Assembly (NCBI GenBank): GCA_035063585.1
Contig: JAPSGB010000005.1
Span: 140,930-204,929, forward strand
Source of the DNA: Polyangiaceae bacterium
GTDB taxonomy: Bacteria; Myxococcota_A; Polyangia; Polyangiales; Polyangiaceae
Direction of reading: 5' to 3'
DNA: 64,000 bases
Shown: one piece after another, positions 10,350 through 18,949 of the stretch
Layout of the letters: each line of letters opens with the position of its first letter
Numbering within the stretch: position 1 is the stretch's first letter
The notes under the pieces: generated by a model
Told to the model about the DNA's origin: nothing
Database searches by the model: none
Seen by the model: the letters and a program-made list of their open reading frames with translations, nothing else
Translations under genes and position numbers: made by a program

Positions 10350-10916
10350 GTGAGCAAGCAGTCTTCGGAGCCTGGCCCTCGCGCGGCCGAGGGCTCCTCG
10401 GAGCCCGTGGCTCCGAGCGTGGTCGTGTCGGAAGCGGGGCGCGGCCGGGCGCTCCAGCCGTACGAAGCCGGCCCCACCGAGACCACCGTCATCGTGCGCG
10501 ACAAGCGACGTCGTAGGGAGCTCATCGGAGCCGCGCGCGCTCCAGCGGGCAAGAAGCCGGTCGGCTGGGGCAAGGTCGCCGCTTGGGCCGTGGCGGGAGC
10601 AGCCGCGTTCGGGCTGGGCGGGCTCATCACCGCGCTACGGCAGCCCGCGCCCTCGCCGGTCGCCACGCAGACCGAGGCACGGGCGCCGACGCCCGCCCCG
10701 GCCCTCGCGCCCACTCCCTCACCGGAGCAGACGGCTGCTCCGGCCGACTCCTCGTCGACGCCGCCCCCGGATCCGACGGCCATGGGGCTCGAGCAGCTCC
10801 AGGTCGAGCCGGAGCGCCCTCGCCCAGCGAGCCGGCCGGCCACGGCCCCAGCGCGGGCTGCGAAACCCAAGTCGACCGCGGGTCCTCAGGCTGGCGCCAT
10901 CCCCGAAGGGATCTGA
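10350..10916 (+). CDS. Single-pass membrane protein with Pro/Ala-rich tail
   Basis: One TM helix (VAAWAVAGAAAFGLGGLITAL); low-complexity C-terminus. Confidence 0.6.
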   Translation: MSKQSSEPGPRAAEGSSEPVAPSVVVSEAGRGRALQPYEAGPTETTVIVRDKRRRRELIGAARAPAGKKPVGWGKVAAWAVAGAAAFGLGGLITALRQPAPSPVATQTEARAPTPAPALAPTPSPEQTAAPADSSSTPPPDPTAMGLEQLQVEPERPRPASRPATAPARAAKPKSTAGPQAGAIPEGI

Positions 10917-11046
10917 GCCCGCGCCGCCACGGGGCGGTCGCCCGCGCGACGCGCCGCGGCTCGCGAGCACGAGCGGCCGGCCCCCGAGGAGGGGTCGGGT
11001 CGGCGCGGCACACGCCGAATCGCGGCGAGGGTGTAGAATGCCCGTG

Positions 11047-12840
11047 ATGAGCCTCGCGGGAAGGGTTGCGACGCTGCGTCGGCACGCGCTGGTCGTCGTG
11101 ACCGCGGTCGCCACGGGCGTGGTGTCGTGCACGATCGACACCGAAGGGAGCGGGACGGGGTCGAGCCTTCAAGATGGAGGTGACGGCTCGGGGGGTACGG
11201 GCTTCGACGGGGGCAATACCGGAGGCGCCTCGGGTTCCACGGGCAACTGCTTCCCCGGTCCTGGCGAGAAGGCGTGCGGCGAAGTCTGTCCGAGCACGAG
11301 CGACCCCGCCCACGGCTGCGCGAGCACCTCGTGCGCGCCCTGCGAGTCCCCGCATGCTACCGAGAATTGCAAGAATGGCGCGTGCGACATCTCGGGTTGT
11401 GACCCCGACTTCTTGGACTGTGATGGGGACCCGCTGAACGGCTGCGAGGTGAACGTCCAGGCGGATCCCACCCAGTGCGGCTCGTGTGGGAACGACTGCA
11501 CCGCGCGCGGCGGCGCGAAAGCCTGGAAGTGCGAGAGCGGCTCCTGCGAGGTGTCCGAGTGCGACGTCGGTCGCGGCGACTGCGACGGCGAGGCGTCCAA
11601 CGAGTGCGAGATCGACACCAAGGCCGACGTGTCGAACTGCGGCTTCTGCAACAATGTGTGCGACATTCCGCACGCTACGGCCAAGTGTGACTCCGGGAAG
11701 TGCGTCGTCGATGAATGCAAGCCCGGCTGGAAGCACTGTGATCCGTCGGTTCAGAACGCCTGCGAACAGGACGTCGCGACCGACGCCAACAATTGCGGCG
11801 ACTGCAACGTGAAGTGCAGCAGCGCGCACGGCACCCCGTCGTGCGTCGCGGGTCGGTGCAAGATCGCATGTCAGGATGGGTGGGGGGACTGTAACGGAGA
11901 TCCGGCGGACGGCTGCGAGAGCCGGCTCGACACCACCACCAACTGCGGGGTGTGCCGCCATGCGTGCAGCGCCGCGAACGCGAGCGCTACCGCGTGCGTC
12001 GCCGGGAGTTGCAAGCCCACCTGCGCTAGCAGCTTTGGGGATTGCTCGACGCCGCCGAGCGGGGCCACCGATGACGGCTGCGAGACCAACCTGAAGACGA
12101 GCACGGCGAGCTGCGGCGCGTGCGGCCGAGCTTGTAACTCGAACCATACGGCGTCGCTGACTTGTCAGGACGGCGCCTGCGCGTCCGCGTGTCAGTCCGG
12201 CTGGGGCAACTGCAACCGCCCCACGACGGGGGCGGATGACGGCTGCGAGACGAACATCCAGAACTCCGTCAGCCACTGCGGCGCCTGCGGCCGGGCGTGC
12301 TCGACCACCAACGTGGCCTCCGCGACGTGCACCAGCGGGGCGTGCACCTCGAGCTGCGCTTCGGGCTTCGCCAACTGCTCGAGGCCGGATGGCTCGTCTG
12401 CGGACGATGGCTGCGAGACGAACGTCAACGACGACAAGGCGAACTGCGGCGCCTGCGGCAGAGCCTGCTCGATCGCGGGCGCCTCTGCGGCGTCGTGTGT
12501 CGCGGCTGCCTGCCAGCCCACCTGCGACAGCGACCACGCCGACTGTTCGTCGCCGCCAGCGAGCTCTGCCGATAACGGTTGCGAGACGGACATCACCTCG
12601 GATTCGGGGAACTGCGGCGGCTGCGGCGTGAGCTGCGATGCCGTTCCCAACGGGACGTCGAGCTGCGTCACGAAGAGTTGTAGCGTAACGTGCGCCTCCG
12701 GCTACCTCGACTGCAGCGGCGCGGGCGATGGCTGCGAGACGAAGATCGACGACGACCACTGCGGCGCTTGCGACGTCTCGTGCGACGCGACTCATTCCTG
12801 CGAGTGGGACTCCGGCGCGAACGCGTACGCTTGCAACTAG
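11047..12840 (+). CDS. Cys-rich repeat lipoprotein, paralogue of 6597-9170
   Basis: Lipobox-like VVSC; same DDGCETN...CGACGRAC modules. Confidence 0.85.
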   Translation: MSLAGRVATLRRHALVVVTAVATGVVSCTIDTEGSGTGSSLQDGGDGSGGTGFDGGNTGGASGSTGNCFPGPGEKACGEVCPSTSDPAHGCASTSCAPCESPHATENCKNGACDISGCDPDFLDCDGDPLNGCEVNVQADPTQCGSCGNDCTARGGAKAWKCESGSCEVSECDVGRGDCDGEASNECEIDTKADVSNCGFCNNVCDIPHATAKCDSGKCVVDECKPGWKHCDPSVQNACEQDVATDANNCGDCNVKCSSAHGTPSCVAGRCKIACQDGWGDCNGDPADGCESRLDTTTNCGVCRHACSAANASATACVAGSCKPTCASSFGDCSTPPSGATDDGCETNLKTSTASCGACGRACNSNHTASLTCQDGACASACQSGWGNCNRPTTGADDGCETNIQNSVSHCGACGRACSTTNVASATCTSGACTSSCASGFANCSRPDGSSADDGCETNVNDDKANCGACGRACSIAGASAASCVAAACQPTCDSDHADCSSPPASSADNGCETDITSDSGNCGGCGVSCDAVPNGTSSCVTKSCSVTCASGYLDCSGAGDGCETKIDDDHCGACDVSCDATHSCEWDSGANAYACN

Positions 12841-12908
12841 CCGCTCGCCGGGAGGGCAACGCGACGAACCGAGGGGCGCTTCCCCGGCGGAGCGCCCGAC
12901 CATCGCGT

Positions 12909-15095
12909 TCATGCTCTGCTCGCGTCGCTCGTGCGTGGGCGTCGCGTCAAGGAGAGCGCCGTCTCGACGATCTCATCTTCGGAGACCAGGACCAGGCGCG
13001 CGGCGTCCCCGAGCGGAACGAAGCAGTCGGCCGAGGTGACGCGCGCGAACGAGATCGGTGCGCGGGCGTCCAGGAGCGCCGCCGCGATGCCCTCCGAGAC
13101 GTTGCCGGTCCTCCGGCACTCATCGACCACGAGCAGCCGCTCGGTGTCGCGCGCGTGGTGGAGGATGTCCGCGACCGGGAGCGGGGAGAGCCAGCGGAGG
13201 TCGAGCACCCGCGCCCTGATGCCGTGCTCACGCTCGAGGCGCCGCGCGGCGCGGAGGCTCATCGCGACTCCGTTGCCGAAGGTTGCGATGACCAGGTCTC
13301 GCGAGGCCTCGCGATAGACGCGCGCCCGCCCATACGGCGCCGCGCCGAGCGGGGCGCGCGCGAGCCACTCGCCGTCGCCCTCTTCGGCGAGGTCACGGGT
13401 GTGGTAGAGCGCGATGGGCTCGATGCTCACGACGACGCGGCGCGCCTCGCGCGCGAGCGCGAGCCCGGTCCGGTAGAGCTCGATGGCGTCGTCGGCGCGC
13501 GCCGGCACGAAGACGTCGACCTCGGGGATGTCGCGGAGGACGCCGACGGAGTCGTCGTTGTGGAAATGCCCGCCGAAGCCCTTCTGATAGGCGAGCCCGG
13601 CGATCCGCACCAGCATGGGGTTGTCGTAGGCTCCATTCGAGAAAAACCTCATCGTGGAGGCCTCTCCACGGAGCTGATCCTCGGCGTTGTGGAGGTAGGC
13701 GAGGTACTGGATCTCGGGGATGGGCAGCAGCCCGAGCGTGGCCGTGCCGAGCGCGAGTCCGAGGATGGTCTGCTCGTCGAGCAGCGTGTTGAACACCCGG
13801 GCCGGGCCCGCCTTGGCGAGCAACCCCTTGGTGATCCCGTAGACCCCCCCCTTCTTGGCGACATCTTCACCGAAGACGAGCGCCTCGGGATACCGCTCGA
13901 GCGCCTCGCCGAGGACGGCGTTGAGCCCTTGGGCGAGCGTCAGCGGTTCGGCGGCGAGGGGCCGAAGCTCGCGGGTCGCCTCGGCTCCGACGCTCGCACC
14001 GGGCGCGATGGCGAGCGGCGCCGCTACCTCCTCGCGGGTGACTAGCCGCGGCCGCGAGGCGGCAATGTCCGCCGCCTCGCGAACGCGCGCGCTCACCTCT
14101 GCGTCCATCGCCAGGACTTCACGGGATTCCAGGTGACCCGCGGCGACCAGCGCCATCGCCGCCGTGAGCACCGGGTCCCGCGCTTCGGCGGCGGAGAGCT
14201 CTGCGGGAGTCCGATAGACGCTGTCCACGTCGCTGCCGGCGTGCCCGAGCAGGCGAGCGCAGCGCATGTGGAGCACCGCTGGCGTTCGCGTGCGCCGGAC
14301 GTGCGTCACGGCTGCGCTCGCCTCTCGCCACATCGCCTCGAGCTCCCACCCGTCCGCCGTGAAGTAGGCGAGGTGCGGCAAACTCCTGAGCCGCTCCTCC
14401 ACCCACCCGGTCGGAGTGCGCGTGCTGATCCCGAGGCCGTTGTCTTCGCAGACGAAGAGGACGGGCAGCTTCAGGTTCTGATGCGCCGTCCACGACGCCG
14501 CGTTCAGCGCGCCGAGCGCCGTGCTGTGGTTCAGGCTCGCGTCGCCGAAGCTCGCGAGCGCGATGGCGTCGGCTCCGCCCGCCGGCTCGAGCCCCAGGCG
14601 CGGGCGGCGGTCGAGGGCGAACCCGAGCCCGACGGCGCGGGGCAGGTGCGAGGCGATGGTGCTGGTCGACGGGATGATCCCGAGCGGTTTTCCGCCGAAG
14701 ACCTTGTGGCGGCCGCCGCACACGGGATCCTCGCTGGAAGCGACGAGCCCGAGGAGGATTTGGCGCGCCGGGTCGAGGCCGGCGACCTGACGCGCGCGCT
14801 CCACCACGAGCGCGCCGCTTCGATAGTGGAGGAGCGCAGGATCGTCAGGTCGGGTCAGGCGTCCGAGCACCACGTTCCCTTCGTGACCCGAGCTGCAGAT
14901 GGTGTAGTGCCCAACCCCGCGAGCCCGGAGTTCGTGGGCGGCGACGTCGAGGTGTCGGGTGAGGAGCATCGACTCGAGGAGCTCGCGAGCCATCGTCACG
15001 TCGAGGCTCGTCGGGACGCGGCTGGGCTGGGCACCGGCTCGGGTGAGCTCGTCGCGGAACCTCGTGACCAAGCGATGCACGCGCTCGAGGGACAT
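12909..15095 (-). CDS. Fused alpha/beta E1 component of a 2-oxoacid dehydrogenase (TPP-dependent)
   Basis: SSGHEG; TPP motif FGDAS...EDN; GEDV...GG; FNTLLDEQ; EIQYLAY. Confidence 0.88.
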   Translation of the reverse strand: MSLERVHRLVTRFRDELTRAGAQPSRVPTSLDVTMARELLESMLLTRHLDVAAHELRARGVGHYTICSSGHEGNVVLGRLTRPDDPALLHYRSGALVVERARQVAGLDPARQILLGLVASSEDPVCGGRHKVFGGKPLGIIPSTSTIASHLPRAVGLGFALDRRPRLGLEPAGGADAIALASFGDASLNHSTALGALNAASWTAHQNLKLPVLFVCEDNGLGISTRTPTGWVEERLRSLPHLAYFTADGWELEAMWREASAAVTHVRRTRTPAVLHMRCARLLGHAGSDVDSVYRTPAELSAAEARDPVLTAAMALVAAGHLESREVLAMDAEVSARVREAADIAASRPRLVTREEVAAPLAIAPGASVGAEATRELRPLAAEPLTLAQGLNAVLGEALERYPEALVFGEDVAKKGGVYGITKGLLAKAGPARVFNTLLDEQTILGLALGTATLGLLPIPEIQYLAYLHNAEDQLRGEASTMRFFSNGAYDNPMLVRIAGLAYQKGFGGHFHNDDSVGVLRDIPEVDVFVPARADDAIELYRTGLALAREARRVVVSIEPIALYHTRDLAEEGDGEWLARAPLGAAPYGRARVYREASRDLVIATFGNGVAMSLRAARRLEREHGIRARVLDLRWLSPLPVADILHHARDTERLLVVDECRRTGNVSEGIAAALLDARAPISFARVTSADCFVPLGDAARLVLVSEDEIVETALSLTRRPRTSDASRA

Positions 15096-15337
15096 CGGCT
15101 CCGGAAATAGCGCCGTCCTCGCGGGCTGCCAATCCCGGTGGTGCCGCGCGGGCTTGTCGGGTCGCGTGAAGGAGGACACTCTTGCGGCGTGGCCCAGACG
15201 ACGAGCCGAAACGGCGAGGTGGGGACGTCTCCCGCGGCCCACCTCGGGCGTCCTGCCGCCATCGGTGCGCCCACCGTGACGGGAGCTGGGGTCGCCCGCT
15301 CGTGACCTCGGCTGGTGAGACGCCGCCCGGGGCGCCC

Positions 15338-17047
15338 ATGAGCGAGGAGCCGACCATCGTCGAGCGCCCGCTCGCGAGCGCGCCGGCCCACGACCGGGAG
15401 CTCACCGGCGGGACGGCGCATGGGACCCGCGGCTCGTCAGGGACGCTCACGTTCCACACTGGAATCACCGCGGCGCCGCTCATCTTGCGGAGTGAGGAGG
15501 TCGCGCGCGCTCACGCGCTGGTGCGCCTCGTCGCGCTGGTAGGAGGGTCTGCGCTGGTCGCCATCTGGCTCCCGGAGCGCATCTCGCCCGGACGCTGGGT
15601 CGCGACCATCGTGGTCACGGCGACCATCCTGCTCTCGCTGTTCTTGAGCGTCGAGTTCCGGGACGCCGAGCGGTTCACCGAGCGCAAGATGCTCACGCAC
15701 GGGCTCGCGTGCGTCGCCTCGATCCTGTCGGTCGTATTCTACGTGGGGGTCTATTCGCCCGCGGTAACCGCGCTGTGCGTCGGCATCTATTTCTTCGGGC
15801 TCGGAGACTCCCCGCGCTCCGGCTGGATGATCTATCTCGCCTGCTCGTTCGGCTACCTCGCGCTCTGCGTGCTCGCCATCTCCGGGCTCATCGACCTGTC
15901 CGCGTCGGTCATGGGGCTCGCCCATGCGGACGTTCCCTCGCAGCTCGCCAATGCGCTCGTGATTCAGGTCCTGCTCGCGCTCACCTTCTGGCTCGGGCGC
16001 AAGAGCCGGGGGGCGACGTTGATGGCTTTCGAGCGCCTCGAGCGCGCCGCTCTGCAGATCAAGCAGCGAGAAGCCTTGCTCGACGAGGCGCGCGCCGACA
16101 TGGATCGCGTCAACGCGGTCAAGGTCGGCCGCCACAGCGGAACCCGCGTCGGAGACTACGAGGTCATCGAGCTCATCGGGCGGGGCGCGATGGGCGAGGT
16201 GTACCGTGGTCGTCACGTGCCCTCCGAGCGGCCGGTGGCCCTGAAGTTCCTCGGGCTCGCGGCCATGGAAGAGCCGGCGCAGTTCGAGCGTTTCCTGCGC
16301 GAGGCGGAGATCACGAGCGCCATCAGCTCTCCACACATCGTGCAAACGCTCGAGAGCGGGCGCCTCCCGGACGGGAGCCCGTACCTCGTGATGGAGCTCC
16401 TCGAAGGGCACGATCTCGCCTGGCACCTCCGCGCTCACCAGCGCATGGGCATGTCGGCCGTGCTCACGCTCGTCGCCGAGGTCGCGCAGGCGCTCTCCGC
16501 AGCCGACGAGCTAGGCGTCGTCCACCGAGATCTCAAGCCGCAGAACCTGTTTCTCGCCGAAGGGCGCGACCGGAGCCGGTGGAAGGTGCTCGACTTCGGT
16601 GTCTCCAAGATGGGCGAGGCCGCCTCGAACCTGACCCAAGGTGCGGCGGTCGGGACGCCGAGCTACATGTCGCCCGAGCAAGCCCGCGGAGAAGACGTCG
16701 ATCATCGCGCGGACGTCTTCGCGCTCGGGGTCGTCGCCTATCGCGCGCTCACCGGCCAGCCACCGTTCACCGCCTCGGACAGCATCTCGACCCTCTACAA
16801 CGTCGCGCACGTGCAGCCGCCGCGGCCGTCCGGGCTGGTCCGGGTGACCGAGGACGTCGAGCGCGTCCTCGCATTGGCGCTCGCCAAGGACCGCTCGCGT
16901 CGCTTCGCCTCGGCCACCATGTTCGCGACCGCGCTCCGCGACGGGGTGCGACATCGGCTCGACGAGCGCCTGCGCCGCGACGCCGATCGGCTCCTGCTCG
17001 AACAACCATGGGGAGCCGACACGCTCGTGGCCAAGCGTTCGGCGTGA
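15338..17047 (+). CDS. Membrane-bound Hanks-type Ser/Thr protein kinase
   Basis: N-terminal multi-TM region; GRGAMGEVY, VALK, HRDLKPQN, DFG and YMSPE motifs. Confidence 0.93.
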   Translation: MSEEPTIVERPLASAPAHDRELTGGTAHGTRGSSGTLTFHTGITAAPLILRSEEVARAHALVRLVALVGGSALVAIWLPERISPGRWVATIVVTATILLSLFLSVEFRDAERFTERKMLTHGLACVASILSVVFYVGVYSPAVTALCVGIYFFGLGDSPRSGWMIYLACSFGYLALCVLAISGLIDLSASVMGLAHADVPSQLANALVIQVLLALTFWLGRKSRGATLMAFERLERAALQIKQREALLDEARADMDRVNAVKVGRHSGTRVGDYEVIELIGRGAMGEVYRGRHVPSERPVALKFLGLAAMEEPAQFERFLREAEITSAISSPHIVQTLESGRLPDGSPYLVMELLEGHDLAWHLRAHQRMGMSAVLTLVAEVAQALSAADELGVVHRDLKPQNLFLAEGRDRSRWKVLDFGVSKMGEAASNLTQGAAVGTPSYMSPEQARGEDVDHRADVFALGVVAYRALTGQPPFTASDSISTLYNVAHVQPPRPSGLVRVTEDVERVLALALAKDRSRRFASATMFATALRDGVRHRLDERLRRDADRLLLEQPWGADTLVAKRSA

Positions 17048-17059
17048 CGCGCGCGGGGG

Positions 17060-17161
17060 TCAGCGCGCCGACTTGGCGCGCCCGCCGCGCGGCGGCGACT
17101 GTGACGATGCGACTCGGGCTATGGGCGGGGCTCAGCGCGCCGACTTGGCGCGCCCGCCGCG
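17060..17161. repeat. 30-bp perfect direct repeat (17060-17089 and 17132-17161) duplicating the recN 3' end
   Basis: TCAGCGCGCCGACTTGGCGCGCCCGCCGCG occurs twice, 72 bp apart. Confidence 0.9.
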
Positions 17162-18886
17162 GGCCGGCCGGCGCGGGCGCGGCGCGTCCGCGTTCGCCCG
17201 GGTCGCCTCGAGCGCCGCGACCCTGAGCTGCCTCGCGTGCTCCCGCGCGGAGTCGGTGATCTTTGCGCCGCCGAGCATCCGCGCGAGCTCCTCCGCGCGC
17301 TCGTCGTCCGAGAGGCGCAGGACCCGAGTCACCGTGCGCCCCGCTTCGGTGTGCTTCATGACGCGAAAGTGCGCGTCGGCAAAGGCCGCGATCTGCGGGA
17401 GGTGGGTGATGCAGAGCACCTGATGGTTGGCCGCGGCGTGGCGCAGCCTGAGGCCGATGGCCTCGGCCACCGCGCCGCCGACCCCCGCGTCCACTTCATC
17501 GAAGACGTAGGTCGCCACGCGGTCGCCGCCGCCGAGCACGTTCTTCAGCGCCAGCAGCACGCGCGAGAGCTCGCCGCCCGACGCGACCCGACTGAGCGGC
17601 GCGAGCGGCTCCCCGGGGTTCGCGGAGAAGAGGAGCTCCACGCGGTCGAGCCCGCGCGGACCAGGCTCGTCGTCCTCCGCCGGCTCCACGCGGGCGGCGA
17701 GACGCGCGGAGGCGATGTGCAGCGCGGCGAGCTCCGCCTCGAGGGCGCGCGCGAGCCCGTGCGCCGCGGCCTCCCGCGCCGCGCGCAGCTCGAGCGCCCG
17801 CGCGACGCAGCGTCTCCGCAGCTCGAGCGCCTGCTGCTCGAGCGCGCCGAGCCGCTCCTCCACGTGCTCGAGCGCGTCGAGCTCCTCGCGCATCGCGTCG
17901 CGGCGAGAGAGGAGCGCATCCGGCTCGACGCCGTGCTTTCTCCGGAGTGACTCGAGCTCGTGGAGGCGCTCCTCGGCGCGCTCGAGCTCCGCCGGATCCA
18001 GCTCGAGCTCGTCGCCGAAGCGAGCGGCGAGCTGCGCGGCCTGCTCGACCGCGGCCTGCGCCGCCGAGAGCTCTTCGACGACGGCGCAGAGCCGCGGCGA
18101 CTCTTCCGCTCCGCGCCGCGCGCGCTCGAGCAGGCCCGCGATCCGCATGGCGACCGAGTCTTCCGCCTCGTAGAGCTGGTCCTGAGCATCTCGGGCGAAC
18201 TCCACCCACCGGCGCGCGTCACCGAGCAGGGCGACCCGCTGGCGAAGCGTCGTGTGCTCGCCCGGTTCGGGCGCGACCCGATCGATCTCGTCGATCTGAA
18301 ACCGGAGGTAGTCCGCCCGCGAGCCGCCCTCCGCCGCGCGCGCGCCGAGGGCCTCGATGGCCGCCCGCGCCTCGCGATACTCGCGATATTCGCGCCCATA
18401 CTCGCCGACCTGCTGGTCGAGGTGGGCGTACCCGTCGAGGAGCTCGAGGTGGCGCGCCACGTTGACGAGCGAGTGGTGCTCGTGCTGACTGCAGATGTCG
18501 ATGAGGAGCTCGCCGAGCTCGCCGAGCACGCCTTGGGTGGTGAGCTCGGCTTGAACCAGGCTGCGTCCGCGCCCGCTGGCTGGTACGACGCGCTGAACCA
18601 CGAGCGCGTTCGCGTCGCTACGAGGGAGACCGTGGGCGCATAGGATCTCGCTCGCGCGGGCGGCGAGCGGCGCGGGGAGCTCGAACTGGGCGTCCACCGT
18701 GGCGGCTTCCTCGCCGCTCCGCACGAGGTCCGCGCGACCGCGCGCGCCGCGCAGGAGCGTGAGGGCGTCGACGATGATGGATTTGCCGGCGCCAGTCTCG
18801 CCGGTGAGCACGTTCATGCCCGGAGCGAGCTCGAGTGACACGTCGTCGAGCAGCGCGAGCCCTCGGACTCTCAAATAGGACAGCAT
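17132..18886 (-). CDS. recN: DNA repair protein RecN
   Basis: LTGETGAGKS, ASGGELSR, FDEVDAGVGG, QVLCITHLPQIAA, EELARMLGG. Confidence 0.96.
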   Translation of the reverse strand: MLSYLRVRGLALLDDVSLELAPGMNVLTGETGAGKSIIVDALTLLRGARGRADLVRSGEEAATVDAQFELPAPLAARASEILCAHGLPRSDANALVVQRVVPASGRGRSLVQAELTTQGVLGELGELLIDICSQHEHHSLVNVARHLELLDGYAHLDQQVGEYGREYREYREARAAIEALGARAAEGGSRADYLRFQIDEIDRVAPEPGEHTTLRQRVALLGDARRWVEFARDAQDQLYEAEDSVAMRIAGLLERARRGAEESPRLCAVVEELSAAQAAVEQAAQLAARFGDELELDPAELERAEERLHELESLRRKHGVEPDALLSRRDAMREELDALEHVEERLGALEQQALELRRRCVARALELRAAREAAAHGLARALEAELAALHIASARLAARVEPAEDDEPGPRGLDRVELLFSANPGEPLAPLSRVASGGELSRVLLALKNVLGGGDRVATYVFDEVDAGVGGAVAEAIGLRLRHAAANHQVLCITHLPQIAAFADAHFRVMKHTEAGRTVTRVLRLSDDERAEELARMLGGAKITDSAREHARQLRVAALEATRANADAPRPRRPARGGRAKSAR

Positions 18887-18949
18887 GCGCGCGTGCCGTC
18901 CTAGCAGACGCGCTCTTCGCTGGGAATCGGGCGCCGCCTCGGCGCAAAA

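Noticed and set aside
17060..17161. Two 30-bp repeats with a 42-bp spacer as a mini-CRISPR array
   Set aside because: Only two units, one is recN coding sequence, and there are no cas genes or leader.
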